DNA of 64,000 nucleotides, taken from Candidatus Bathyarchaeota archaeon. GTDB taxonomy: Archaea; Thermoproteota; Bathyarchaeia; TCS64. The stretch's first letter is position 1; each line of letters starts with the position of its first letter. The notes under the pieces are model-generated. The model searched no databases. It saw only the letters and a program-made list of their open reading frames with translations, and was not told where the DNA came from. A program made the position numbers and the translations under genes. The stretch lies in assembly GCA_043826455.1 (NCBI GenBank), contig JBDRQD010000030.1, forward strand, positions 38,881-102,880, in the 5' to 3' direction. Positions 19,445 through 29,882 of the stretch are shown piece after piece.

Positions 19445-19680
19445 CAGCAGCCCCAGAAAGAAGGAGGGGGTAACGCGGAGAAACCGGAAACGGCTGCCCC
19501 ACGCCAAAAGGAGCCACGGAAACACGCCTTCACGATCCCATTCCATACAGAAACATGGCCCACCCAGCTCATCAGGTGCAGCGCAACGAAAGGGTCTGAT
19601 GTGAAAAAAGTAGGGGGGTATTATATAATGGCGAATTTTTTCATTATTATACGAGATACCAGCCCCCGACGAGGCCGATG
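19445..19680 (+). repeat. Non-coding ~250-bp repeat, copy B (approximate ends)
   Basis: GGAGGGGGTAACGCGGAGAAACCGGAAACGGCTGCCCC...TGTGAAAAAAGTAGGGGGGTATTATATAATGGCGAATTTTT. Confidence 0.8.
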
Positions 19681-19811
19681 ACTCGGCACCAAGCCAAAGA
19701 TAATCAAGATTCTCTTAACTAAACTGTGGTAATGTGAATATGATAAAATACCATAGGATTCACTATATCCACATAGATTTAGAGCATTACCTGAGGCTAC
19801 ATGGAGGCTGC

Positions 19812-21377
19812 TTGGCGCTGGTTGAAGGTTTAAACGAGGCCGTCAGGGGGTCGGCGCGGGGCAGCCTCCTGCTCATGGTGGGGCAGGTGGCGTCGACGGT
19901 CGTCTCAGCCCTCACCGTTATGGCTGTGGCGAGGCTCCTGGGACCTGAGAACTATGGGGTCGTCACCGTCGTCATGGTGCCCATCGGCCTCGCCCTCCTC
20001 ATACAGGACCTGGGAGTGAACACAGCCCTCACCCGGTTCACAGCCCTCCTGCGGAGAGAGGGGCGCCTAGGTGACATAAGGGTCCTTGTCCGGGTCGGCC
20101 TAACCTTCAAAGCAGCTGTCGCTGGGACGATAGCCCTGGGCTACTGGGCTGGGGCCGGGACCATCGCCTCCTTCTATCTCCAGAGGCCTGAGCTCGAGGG
20201 GCTCATCAGGGTAGTATCGCTAAGCGTGCTGGGGGAAGCCTTGATGACGGCTGTGCAGGCGGTCCTAGTGGGGCACGAGATGATGGGTTACAGGAGCTTC
20301 ACCCAGGTGCTCTGGACGGTGCTGAGGGGATCCACATCCATCACGCTTGTCTGGATCGGGTTCGGCCCACTAGGACACCTAGTGGCCAACACCGCCGCAC
20401 CCTTCGCCACGGCCGCGGTAGCCCTCATTGTCTTACTCTCAACCCTAAAGAAGGATGGCGGAGAGACACACCTGACCAGCCTGGAGGCGCTGAGGATCAT
20501 CCTGGGGTTCAGCCTACCCCTATACGGCGCCACGCTCGTAGGGGGCGGCCTCACCCAGATCCAGAACCTTCTCATGACCCTGCATGTGCCCAACAGCGTG
20601 ATCGGTAACTACTCCGCGGCCGTCAACTTCGGGGTCCTGATAAGTTTCTTCACCGTCCCCATCGCGACGGTGCTCTTCCCCCTATTCTCAAGGCTGCCCC
20701 GCGGTAGCCCTGAGCTGAGCACCGTGTTCAGGAACTCGGTGAAGTACACCACCTTCATCACGTTGCCCGTAGCCCTCTGCCTGGTGGCGCTCTCGGAGGC
20801 AGTCATAGCCGTGGTGTACGGTGGTGGGTACCCGCTGGCCGCAGTCTTCATGAAGGTCTACCTCATCCTCTTCCTGTTCGAGGGGATCGGCGGGCTGAGC
20901 CTCGGGAACCTGGTGGTGGGCGTAGGGGAGGCAAAGGTGGCTTTGGCGGCGAACCTGTTGACGGTGCTGGTGGGCGCCCCCATGAGCCTCGTACTGATCC
21001 CCTTGTACGGGATCTGGGGCCTGCTCGCAACCCTGATAGTTGCACCGAGGGTCGGAGCCCTCTTCATGCTCTGGTGGGTGTGGAAAAGCCTAGGCTTCAC
21101 GGTGGACTGGGGCGCATCTCTTCGTCTTTACGTGGCTGGACTGGCCGCGTTCCTCACAGCATCCCTCGCCCTCATATTCACCGGAATTAGTGGATGGGCT
21201 GCAATCCTGTTAGGCGGAGGACTGTTCGCCGCGTCTTACCTAATTACGGTGCCGGCGCTGGGGGCTCTAAGAAAGAGCGACTTAGACGACTTATCCACAA
21301 TAACCGACGTGAGTGGCCCCCTCAAGCTACCTCTCACATTGGTACTAACTATTATGGTGCGATTCGTTAAAGAATAA
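19812..21377 (+). CDS. Oligosaccharide flippase (Wzx/MOP family)
   Basis: About 14 TM segments; ARLLGPENYG, GNYSAA and LFPLFSR motifs; TTG start at 19812 after GGAGG (the ORF track starts it at 19734). Confidence 0.88.
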   Translation: MALVEGLNEAVRGSARGSLLLMVGQVASTVVSALTVMAVARLLGPENYGVVTVVMVPIGLALLIQDLGVNTALTRFTALLRREGRLGDIRVLVRVGLTFKAAVAGTIALGYWAGAGTIASFYLQRPELEGLIRVVSLSVLGEALMTAVQAVLVGHEMMGYRSFTQVLWTVLRGSTSITLVWIGFGPLGHLVANTAAPFATAAVALIVLLSTLKKDGGETHLTSLEALRIILGFSLPLYGATLVGGGLTQIQNLLMTLHVPNSVIGNYSAAVNFGVLISFFTVPIATVLFPLFSRLPRGSPELSTVFRNSVKYTTFITLPVALCLVALSEAVIAVVYGGGYPLAAVFMKVYLILFLFEGIGGLSLGNLVVGVGEAKVALAANLLTVLVGAPMSLVLIPLYGIWGLLATLIVAPRVGALFMLWWVWKSLGFTVDWGASLRLYVAGLAAFLTASLALIFTGISGWAAILLGGGLFAASYLITVPALGALRKSDLDDLSTITDVSGPLKLPLTLVLTIMVRFVKE

Positions 21378-21388
21378 CTAGAAACCAC

Positions 21389-21402
21389 TATTGGTACCAA
21401 TA
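21389..21402. repeat. Palindrome TATTGGTACCAATA, copy 2
   Basis: Extended hairpin AAACCA-C-core-TGGTTT, 11 nt after the flippase stop. Confidence 0.95.
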
Positions 21403-21519
21403 TGGTTTATTTGATGTTGCTGCACACGTGAAAATTACGAATTGTTCCCTATGAATGAGCGTGCACGCATGACGCAACTTTTTTAACCATTATGTAATGC
21501 TATATGCTTTGCCACGAGG

Positions 21520-21711
21520 GTGTGTGAGATGGCTAAAATAGTGTTTGAAGTGCCGAACGTCTGCGACAGGTGCGGCTTTCACAACTTCAACATAGTTGGA
21601 TCGATCTACAATGGAGGCTTCAACTATACTCACCTAGCCGTGCAGTGTATGAGGTGCGGCCACAAACAGGTCGAGATACGCCTCAGACACAGTATTATGG
21701 AGACCCTGTAA
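21520..21711 (+). CDS. Small zinc-ribbon protein
   Basis: CDRCG...CMRCGH. Confidence 0.5.
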   Translation: MCEMAKIVFEVPNVCDRCGFHNFNIVGSIYNGGFNYTHLAVQCMRCGHKQVEIRLRHSIMETL

Positions 21712-21828
21712 AACCCGCCATAAAACAATACATGAAAACCAGAGATGAATAAACACATATTAGATATTCCGTCCACAATGCATTGTACAACCCAATAAAA
21801 CACAAACCTCATAAACAATAGTTTCCAT

Positions 21829-22452
21829 ATGGCAACTAAAGTTTACGGTGATAGTATGTTACTCCACAGATACCTTGAAACCCTCCTAGGATCCAAGACC
21901 AAAATAAAGATCCTCAGAACGCTCCACAGGCACGAAGGAAAAGAATTCACAATAAGAGAACTCTCAAACTTCATCAATACCTCACATACAGGCGTACAAA
22001 AAGCACTCCAAGACCTCTACGAGATGAACGCGGTAACCCTCAAAGCAGTTGGAAGGTCTCACACAGTGTCACTCAAAGAGGAAAGCCACCTAACCCCAAT
22101 ACTCACCAGCTTATTCAACTATGAGGAAGAAACTATTAGGGAACTCCAGAAAGATATCAGAAAACATCTCTGCCATGAACCCACCATAAAACAAGTGAAA
22201 ATATTCGGCAGCGTAGCCCGAGGCCAAGAAGAACCTCGAAGCGACATCGACCTCCTAATAATAACCAGCGACAGGGAAAAAACAGAAGAAATCCTCACCG
22301 GGTTACAAATCCTGTGTAACAATAAATACGGAAACCCCATCATACCCCATATAATAGCAGAGGACGAAAAAAGCAGCCAAAGTCTAATAGAAGAAATACA
22401 GGACAAACACATCACCATCTGCGAGAAAACCCGGGAGATAGAATATGTCTAA
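21829..22452 (+). CDS. wHTH-fused minimal nucleotidyltransferase (MNT antitoxin)
   Basis: N-terminal HTH; FGSVARG...SDIDLL. Confidence 0.88.
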   Translation: MATKVYGDSMLLHRYLETLLGSKTKIKILRTLHRHEGKEFTIRELSNFINTSHTGVQKALQDLYEMNAVTLKAVGRSHTVSLKEESHLTPILTSLFNYEEETIRELQKDIRKHLCHEPTIKQVKIFGSVARGQEEPRSDIDLLIITSDREKTEEILTGLQILCNNKYGNPIIPHIIAEDEKSSQSLIEEIQDKHITICEKTREIEYV

Positions 22453-22846
22453 AACAAGGCATGTAAACAAGGAACTCTACCGAAACTATCTTCAAAAAGC
22501 ACGTGAAAACTTAGAAACCGCAAAAGAGTCACTACAAGCCGGACGCTGGAACGCCGCCGTAATAAACGCGGTTCACAGCGGCATAAGCGCAACCGACGCC
22601 ATAACCGTCTTTATGGTGGGTGTAAGACACGCAGGAGATAGGCACGAGGATGCTCTTGCGTTACTCCAAACCCTAAATCTACCAAAAGATACACTCAGGG
22701 CAAAAAGTAGACAACTGAGTAGACTACTCAGCATCAAGAACGCCTCTGAGTACGAAGAGAGACTCATCAGGGAAAAAGAGGCGATAGAAGCCGTAAAAGA
22801 CGCTGAAAGATACTTTGAATATGTGGAAGCTATACTTCACACATAA
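22445..22846 (+). CDS. HEPN domain protein (MNT-HEPN toxin partner)
   Basis: YLQKARENLETA...WNAAVINAVHS...KNASEY; overlaps the MNT gene. Confidence 0.82.
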   Translation: MSKTRHVNKELYRNYLQKARENLETAKESLQAGRWNAAVINAVHSGISATDAITVFMVGVRHAGDRHEDALALLQTLNLPKDTLRAKSRQLSRLLSIKNASEYEERLIREKEAIEAVKDAERYFEYVEAILHT

Positions 22847-22904
22847 CTCATCATCTATTCTTACATTTTAAGAGGAACTTGATCTTAGGTAACCAGCGTC
22901 AATA

Positions 22905-23517
22905 ATATATCCCATAGTGGTCGCAGTCGTCGCCCTGGCCTCCCCAAGTAGTGTACGCGTTATACGCAGAGGGCTACCTGTACGCGGACGCCTACATGAG
23001 GCTCTACATGCTTCAGTTCATCTCCCTCAGGTTAGGTGGAGTAGGTCTGGTAAGCCTCTTAATCGCGTTAAAGGAGACCCGCGTCGTCTTCACCTATTCT
23101 CTCATCAACTTTCTGGTAACCATCTCCTTGGGACTGGTACTTATACCGGGGCTTGGCGTCAACGGGCAAATAGCATCCATCACTCTAGGCCCGTTAACCG
23201 GGCTATCCTACGGGCTATGGTGGGTTAAGAAAAATCTGGGCATCACAATCGACTTTACAGTCGCATCCAAAACCCTTCTAGCAGCCATCGCCGCCTGCCT
23301 CACCACCAACGTATTCGTCTCTATGTCTAACCTCAACCCCTGGCTCACTTTGCTTATAGACAGAGCCATATGCATGACCGTCTACGTCGCCTCAGTCATC
23401 ACATTAAAGGTGCTGAACCACAGGGACATAGACAACCTAGAGAACATCACCACCGGCCTAGGACCCCTATCGCCGCCCCTAACACACGTACTCAGATTGT
23501 TGAAACAGGTCACCTAG
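22905..23517 (+). pseudogene. Flippase C-terminal fragment (5'-truncated, frameshifted)
   Basis: PIVVAVVALASP, frameshift, then LYAEGY..AYMRLY...WWVKKNLGITIDF...DIDNLENIT, paralleling the C-terminal third of 19812..21377. Confidence 0.75.
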
Positions 23518-23609
23518 TATGCGCACGCGGCCCCCCTCTCACCCCTTATATTTCACTGAACCCTAGCCACTTTAAACATGTTTTATAATCTCGTCAACCT
23601 AAACCAGCA

Positions 23610-23623
23610 TATTGGTACCAATA
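23610..23623. repeat. Palindrome TATTGGTACCAATA, copy 3
   Basis: ATATTGGTACCAATAT at 23609-23624, preceded by AAACCA as in copy 2. Confidence 0.95.
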
Positions 23624-23815
23624 TAGCGCCGGGTGCTCACACCCAGCCCAATCAACTCACTTTGGACGCATAAGTGCTATCAAGCTTGATACTGGTTGAA
23701 TAGCGTCAGTTGTGCCGTTGAGAAAAAAGGGTGACCTCGCAATGCGGCACATGGTTGGCGGTATCAAAGAAATGGTGTTGATTGGATCTAATTCATTACC
23801 TTATCTGTGTTAGCT

Positions 23816-24440
23816 CTACCTCGATCCTCTCTGAGACCCACGTGGTCCCTGTAGAGCTCCAGTAGGATTACCCGGAGCTCGCCTCTTCTCAGGGTGGTTG
23901 GACAGCAGGGCCTCTCTCAGGTCGGTGACCTGGTCCGATCCCTTCTTGAATGCTTGGATGTACCTGTCACGCAGGTAAGTGTACATGTCTCCCTCGAGGA
24001 GGCTGAGTATGATCCTCAGGGCTGTACCCCTCACCCTGGCATCAGTTGTCTCCAGGAGCCTCTCCATGGCTCCCTGTGTCGCCTCACGCACCCTGCGCCT
24101 CGACTCCTCGCTACCCCTGCTGAGGATGTTCTGGACAACCTTGGTTAAAGGTTGGATGCTGTGTTGACAATGTGTCATAAGCAGTATAGCGACCTTACAA
24201 TGTGCTTGTTGAGTGGTTCAAGGTGAAGCGCATGCGGTTATTGGTGCTGTCAGAGGCTCTACTCTGGGATCGTCTATAGCTCTCGAGGAACTTGAGGCCT
24301 TAGGATGCACGCTAGTAGGAGCGCCCAGGTCCAAGGGAGAACCTGTTGACAGCGGCGATCATGGATGCGAGGATGTCTATATCTTGTTGAGGATCATGCG
24401 GGTTATGGCGGCGAAAGCGGCTGCGTAAGCATCCATGGTG
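23816..24440 (-). pseudogene. Degenerate HEAT-repeat-like gene
   Basis: Fragments RAIDDPRVEPL and LLETTDARVRGTALRII in broken frames. Confidence 0.35.
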
Positions 24441-25020
24441 AGAGGTTGCATAGACTGAAGATTTGGGCAGGTGGCGTGGTGAGTTTACTATGAGCTTCGC
24501 CCAGTGTTCTCAGGGTATCTACGATTTAATGTCTTTTTTCAGATAGACCATAGTACACATTGGGGAGTCCTCGGCCCTCCAGGAAACCAGTTATTGGCTA
24601 CACGTGTGGGGACCAGGAACTCTTCAACGAACTGGTTGAAAAGGTACTTCCTAACCAACGGGTTGGCTGGCGCTCAAGGATTCGCTCAAGACCCTGTTGA
24701 GACTGAAGGAACTGGGCATCGCCGTTGGGAAACCTCCTTTGTAGGTAGGTTCGATAACCATGGGAGCCTAACAGGAACTTGGGTCATAACTACAGCAGGA
24801 GCAGCCTTAACCTGAGCCGGAACCAGTTGGGGAACCTCCTCAACTTAAGCAACAACCTGTTAATGAACCTCAGTAGAACCAGGCTAAGCAACCTAAACCT
24901 GAACTTAAACTATACTTACTAGAAATTCAGTTCCTAGGGACTGGTCCTTCGTGGCCGCCCGTTCAAGTTCAGTTTCAGGTTCCAATAGGGGTATAACAAC
25001 CGGTTCACAAACTGGTTCAC

Positions 25021-25338
25021 TCAGGTTCCTCTCAGGTTTCCTTCGTGTTATGCTCAGGTTTCTCTCAGGTTCAATTTGGCTATCCTCCAGTTATCGCTTG
25101 GTTTCCATCAGGCTTTCCCATGGTTTCCCTCAGGCTTTCCTCCGGCTTTCGCGTGGCTTCACTAAGGCTTCCTTCAGCTTCCCTTCAGCCTTCGCGTGGC
25201 TTCCCTTAGGTTATCCTTCAGCTATCCCGTGGTTTCCATCAGGCTTCCCTCCAGCTATCCCGTGGTTCCTTCCAGTTGTCACGCGGTTTCCCTCTAGCTA
25301 TCCTCCAGTTATGCCGTGGCTCCCCTCAGGTTCAACCA
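25021..25338 (+). repeat. Degenerate tandem array with ~11-bp period (~29 units)
   Basis: Units such as TCAGGTTCCTC, TCAGGTTTCCT, TTGGTTTCCAT, CAGGCTTTCCC, CAGCTATCCCG. Confidence 0.8.
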
Positions 25339-25467
25339 AGTTCACTCTCTAGCTCTGGATACGGCTCTCCAGTTGCTCAGCCAGAAGATGACAGGCTCGT
25401 GAGACGTGAACTTGGGGCCCTTCAACGAGGCGATGTGGGAAAATATTAGGTAGTTACTGGAGCCAAG

Positions 25468-25698
25468 GTGCCCTACAACTTCCACAGGATAGCCGCCGAG
25501 ATAAGCCGCCTCAGAGAGGTCCAGGAGCTCCACCTGATGGCTGGAGAATAGAACTTCATGGTCAAGATCAGGGCCAGGGACAGCGGAGAGGTGGGCAGCT
25601 TCGTCATGGACAGGCTTAGGCTCGTCCAGGGCGTGGAGCGGTGCCTCACGTGTATTGTCTTCGAGACTGTGAAGGAGTCAGCTGATATCCCTATCTGA
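25468..25698 (+). pseudogene. Lrp/AsnC regulator C-terminal (RAM) fragment with an internal TAG
   Basis: IAAEISRLREVQELHLMAGE*NFMVKIRARD...VQGVERCLTCIVFETVKE; no HTH; TAG at 25549. Confidence 0.75.
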
Positions 25699-25719
25699 GC
25701 TTGCCCATTTAACCTAGTT

Positions 25720-25733
25720 TATTGGTACCAATA
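25720..25733. repeat. Palindrome TATTGGTACCAATA, copy 4
   Basis: 21 nt after the Lrp fragment stop; flanked by AACCTA...TAGGTT. Confidence 0.95.
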
Positions 25734-25805
25734 GGTTCGCCTCTTCACATGTATCATCATCACCTTATGAACGCCAAAGTGCAGCCTTGAAGTATATTTC
25801 AAGTG

Positions 25806-26033
25806 TTAGAAACGTTCTAGTTTACATATCTTGCACGGTTGCCAGATGTAGCGCTGCTTCTGGCTCTCATAGAAGTTGTATGCTTCCTCGACTGTCTTGA
25901 AGCTGAACCATCCGCCGGAGCCCCTCATGGCGCCGACACCCTTGGACAGGGATTCCTCGGGTCTGCAGAAGAGGCAGCTCTCATGGTGGAGCTTCCATAT
26001 CCTTGTGGGCAAGTCGGCGTTGAGCCAGAACAT
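25806..26033 (-). CDS. Small putative Zn-binding protein
   Basis: LHHESC...PCKIC, spacing like the Ada metal-binding motif. Confidence 0.5.
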   Translation of the reverse strand: MFWLNADLPTRIWKLHHESCLFCRPEESLSKGVGAMRGSGGWFSFKTVEEAYNFYESQKQRYIWQPCKICKLERF

Positions 26034-26137
26034 TGTACGCGGATACGTCCCACGATGGTTAATTATGGTTTATGAATGACTGGTCATAAGCTGCCACGTC
26101 TCCTCCGGATGCCCGTAGAGGGGTATTGATACCCGCA

Positions 26138-26692
26138 TCAGGTGTCCTCGGCTCGCTCACCGGCGATGAGCCGCGCCCCTGTCAACGCCTTCTTGTACAC
26201 GTCCACGTGCAGCCAGAAGCCGCACGCTATGAGAAGATCGAGGCACTCCACGAACTCGTCAAAAGTCAAGTGTCCCTCAGCCAAACCATACAACAATACG
26301 CCTACAGTGCCCATGGAGCGCACTCCAAACACCCGGGCCGTCCCAGCTGCCTCCCTCTCATCAACCAGGAAGACTGTGCCCAGCCTCCGGGCCAGGAGGA
26401 CCGCCTCGGCCTCGCCTGTGTGCAGCCCGGAGACTGCGACCAGGGCGGAGGCGTCGTCCTCGGCTTCCGCCGAGACCCGTAGCCATCCCTCCGCCAGGGC
26501 TTTCCTGATCAGCAAAGAGTCGGCGGACTCTCCGGAGGAGGCCTCCTCCCTCACCTTCTCCGGTATGAGGATCTCGCCGAAGAGGTGCTTCAGGGTGGAG
26601 AGCCTGTTGATCTTTGCCAACCAGATTAACGGACTGCTATCGCTAACTGCGCCTGCTTCGCTTGACATACTCCAGGTCACGGTCCAGCTCAT
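26138..26692 (-). CDS. DUF3368 PIN-like toxin (start probably ~26668)
   Basis: VSDSSPLI, LHTGEAEAV, LVDEREA and GTVGVL motifs. Confidence 0.85.
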   Translation of the reverse strand: MSWTVTWSMSSEAGAVSDSSPLIWLAKINRLSTLKHLFGEILIPEKVREEASSGESADSLLIRKALAEGWLRVSAEAEDDASALVAVSGLHTGEAEAVLLARRLGTVFLVDEREAAGTARVFGVRSMGTVGVLLYGLAEGHLTFDEFVECLDLLIACGFWLHVDVYKKALTGARLIAGERAEDT

Positions 26693-26963
26693 CTAGCGTA
26701 TAGGGTACGGGAACCTTACGCTCCTTCACGATCTCCATAATCTCTCTAAGGGAGAGGCCCGCCATCTCGGAGGCCCTCCAGAGGGTTACCTTACCGTCCC
26801 GGTAGTCCTTGACGGCTTCATCTATCCTTCTCTGTCGGAGAGCTGCATCCAGTAGACGCCTGATCAACTCGGAGCGATCAACCTTCTCCTTCTTCGCGGT
26901 CGCCTCGATCTCCTCAAGCATTTCTCTGGAGAGCCTCGCGGTCACTGATTCAAGAGACATCAA
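26643..26963 (-). CDS. UPF0175 family antitoxin with RHH
   Basis: VDRSELIRRLL...YRDGKVTLWRASEMAGLS. Confidence 0.85.
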   Translation of the reverse strand: MMSLESVTARLSREMLEEIEATAKKEKVDRSELIRRLLDAALRQRRIDEAVKDYRDGKVTLWRASEMAGLSLREIMEIVKERKVPVPYTLDELDRDLEYVKRSRRS

Positions 26964-27053
26964 ACGTCGTGTACAAAAGAATCAATCGCACACTATAAGT
27001 ATTGCTTTCATACTGACAGCCTGAGACGAAGCCAGTTTATGCCTTTTCTTCAA

Positions 27054-27404
27054 TCAAGTGGGTTGAGGTTTTCCCGGCATGAGACTTGTTCCGCATTCTG
27101 GGCAGAACTTCACCTCGGCTGAGACACGGCTGCCGCATCCTGGGCATATCACAAGTGTTCTAACAACCTGTTGGGGCGGCTGCGGCTGTATCGGCTGCGA
27201 AACAGCCCCTGTCTCGCCTTTAGACATTAAACCCATGATAAGAAAAACGATTCCAATGAAGGTGACCACAGGTGCAATCCTCGGGTCAAACATTTCTCCG
27301 GGAGATAGTAGACCCAGACTAGGAAGAATCGCCGCGAATACACCCAGACATATAAAGAAGATTCCAAACCCAACGTTGTTTTTATCCATGCCGGGTGCTT
27401 CCAA
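27054..27404 (-). CDS. Membrane protein with C-terminal zinc ribbon
   Basis: Two TM helices; CPGCG...FCPECG. Confidence 0.75.
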   Translation of the reverse strand: MEAPGMDKNNVGFGIFFICLGVFAAILPSLGLLSPGEMFDPRIAPVVTFIGIVFLIMGLMSKGETGAVSQPIQPQPPQQVVRTLVICPGCGSRVSAEVKFCPECGTSLMPGKPQPT

Positions 27405-27706
27405 GCTCTTTATGTAAGGACTCTAAATAGAGTTTGAGAATTAAGACATATTTAACGCTTCTATAGGGAATACTTGTTTTAAGGGGTTAATCAAAACCTC
27501 TTATGAATGTTAAGGAAGGGTAGAATGCGTTTTACCCCTAGCATCGATCATTAAAATATGTGATTTGTTATCAACTCAACACTTGCAGTCTGGGAAAGGA
27601 GGCATCGTGGGTACCCCATCAGAAATATTCTGGTTTCAGGAAAAGTATACCTTGGAGCAATAAGCTGAGATACTCCTCCCAGCAACTTCTCTCCAACTGA
27701 GACACG

Positions 27707-28759
27707 TTAACTGATGGGCGCGTAAGTGGTCTCACCAACCCGCACGAACCGGGGCTGGTCCGAGGCTATGTCTCTGAAAACCGCGTCGACTCTATACCCC
27801 TGGATATCTCCACCAGTGTTCCACCGGTAGGTCTGATTGAATGGCCCTGTCCAGCTTCGGCTCTCAGGAGCCAGCTGATCCACAACAAGCCTCCTTGGAG
27901 TATTCCCGGATCCATCATAGTACAGTCGGGTCACCTCGTAGCCATACAGCTGATACTTTGAACGATCATAGCTGGAGGTGCCCCACTCAATTAAAACCCG
28001 CCTGTTATCCCAGTTAGCCCTCAGGTTAAGATTGTCAGGCAGCCCCGAGAGTTGGTTCCCGACTCCCATAGGAGGGTTTACCGGGGGTGGTGGGACCCCT
28101 ATCGTGGAAGGAGGGACGCCGTGTTCCCCGCTGGGCGCATCAGGTTCTGATGCTAAATATTCTCCAGTACTAATGTAGCGACCACGTTTCTTGGGGTCGA
28201 GCCCGTGATGCTTTTTACTTGCTACGGTGGTCACTATTGAGATGAACATTATCGCAGCGAATACTACCACCGCTGTACCTACGGCGGATGCGGTCGTACC
28301 AGTAAACCCAATGGCCTCACCTATGAAGGAGAACATGTTCATAATGTCAAGGATCATGTAAGGCCAGCTAGTTCCTCCACCGGATACCCTCTGGACACTC
28401 CACCGACCCGCGAGGCCCTGCCCGTCCACGTATGTCCCCTCTCCTGTGCCGTCTGACTTGATGGCCCCCGAGAAGGTCGCCGACCCGCCGCCATAGGGGG
28501 AAGGCCCCGTGAACCTGACGTTTCCTGCCGAGTCCACGGTCCCGCTCAGGGCCGGCGGGTCACTGGATACGACACCGCTACGTACTATGAAGCCGTTGTT
28601 GACGCGGCGGGTCTCCCAGCCACTGGGCCCGTTGAGGTTATAGGCGTAGTTGTAGACGCCGTCGAAGGACGCGGCCTTAACCATGGTAACGGTATGGACC
28701 CGTGTCAGGCCACCCAAGAACATGATTATCAAGAACGCGAGAACCTTTTTCCCAGTCAT
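27707..28759 (-). CDS. Hypothetical secreted/membrane protein with FN3-like C-terminus
   Basis: Signal peptide, central TM, Pro-rich linker, PDNLNL...IEW...YGYEV. Confidence 0.6.
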   Translation of the reverse strand: MTGKKVLAFLIIMFLGGLTRVHTVTMVKAASFDGVYNYAYNLNGPSGWETRRVNNGFIVRSGVVSSDPPALSGTVDSAGNVRFTGPSPYGGGSATFSGAIKSDGTGEGTYVDGQGLAGRWSVQRVSGGGTSWPYMILDIMNMFSFIGEAIGFTGTTASAVGTAVVVFAAIMFISIVTTVASKKHHGLDPKKRGRYISTGEYLASEPDAPSGEHGVPPSTIGVPPPPVNPPMGVGNQLSGLPDNLNLRANWDNRRVLIEWGTSSYDRSKYQLYGYEVTRLYYDGSGNTPRRLVVDQLAPESRSWTGPFNQTYRWNTGGDIQGYRVDAVFRDIASDQPRFVRVGETTYAPIS

Positions 28760-28888
28760 CCGACCTCACCTAATCTATATCATCCCTATTCCTGTATATA
28801 TTAACCGATATGAGAAGCCAAGAATTGTAAAGACATACGAGTAACTTATGGGCTCTCCACGGTAAATACTTCTAATAAAAATGAGGGT

Positions 28889-29116
28889 TTAGAGGACTAT
28901 CATGGTGATGGTGGACCTCACATTCTCTAATCGCCGAATCTTCCAGCTGATGACATCCTTCAGCTCCTGCATAGTCGTCGCTTCGACCATGGTGATGATG
29001 TCGTAGACCCCGTAGACCATGTACGCCTCCTTCACCTCAGGGATCTTTGAGACCGCTTTGAGTACATCGGCCTCCGCCCCAATCTCCGCGTTGATCAACA
29101 CATACGCCTTAGCCAA
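28889..29116 (-). CDS. Stand-alone Lrp/AsnC ligand-binding domain protein
   Basis: AYVLIN...VKEAYMVYGVYDII...IRRLENVRSTITMIV. Confidence 0.9.
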   Translation of the reverse strand: MAKAYVLINAEIGAEADVLKAVSKIPEVKEAYMVYGVYDIITMVEATTMQELKDVISWKIRRLENVRSTITMIVL

Positions 29117-29273
29117 ACCACCACCGATTCACACTAGCCCGTAAACGTTGATAAACGCTTCTCAACACAGTACTAGCAATATTACACTGGGACATATGAG
29201 TGATGGTCTCGATACTCTATCAGAGGCTTTGCCCGCGAGCGTTATGTTTCATGAGCCCGGTGTATGTTATTCT

Positions 29274-29882
29274 TTATATCAGGTCTGGGGGAACTTTGTC
29301 ATGCTGGAAGAATCGGTAGGTTTCGCAGGTTTCCCCTACGCAGTAGTATCTTGGCCTGCCTTTCCCCATGCAACAGCGTATGCACCTCGCCCGGTCCCGT
29401 AAACGTCTGACGGCCCGGTTTTTCCTTATCCAGAAAAACCGGTAAAAGGCCCTGAACTTGGGGCTCCTAATGACGGGCATCGCGGCGTCGAGCACCGCGT
29501 CACGGAGGGCTCCGAGGGGTCGGAGGTCCACGGACTCTGTGAACCTGTCCTCCTCGGCGCTGTACGCATACACCTTGTCGAAGAGTCCTCGTAGCTGTCT
29601 CCAGTCGTGCCTACTGTACTGGGTCTCCGGGACCACCAGGACGTAGACGTCGGCCCAGGGGGACTGGTTTCTGCGTCGCCCTTTCTCGCGGAGCCTCCTG
29701 ATGCTGGGCCTGGTCTCGCACTCGACGTAAATGCTTCGTCTGCGGCGCATGAATTGTACGTCCGCTCGCTGGCTGCCGCTGCCGCTCCAGGGAACCATTA
29801 ATGACTCGAACCAGCATTGGCTTCCCTCCGCCATATGCCGCTCCACGGCCTTCTTGAGGGCTATGTGCAGCTGGGACTCCAT
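29274..29882 (-). CDS. Putative PD-(D/E)xK nuclease-fold protein
   Basis: ESQLHIALK...RADV...YVECET. Confidence 0.55.
   Translation of the reverse strand: MESQLHIALKKAVERHMAEGSQCWFESLMVPWSGSGSQRADVQFMRRRRSIYVECETRPSIRRLREKGRRRNQSPWADVYVLVVPETQYSRHDWRQLRGLFDKVYAYSAEEDRFTESVDLRPLGALRDAVLDAAMPVIRSPKFRAFYRFFWIRKNRAVRRLRDRARCIRCCMGKGRPRYYCVGETCETYRFFQHDKVPPDLI

Noticed and set aside
24951-25352. 133-aa ORF or CRISPR array over the 11-bp repeat
   Set aside because: The translation is low-complexity and produced by the repeat; there are no identical repeats with unique spacers and no cas genes.
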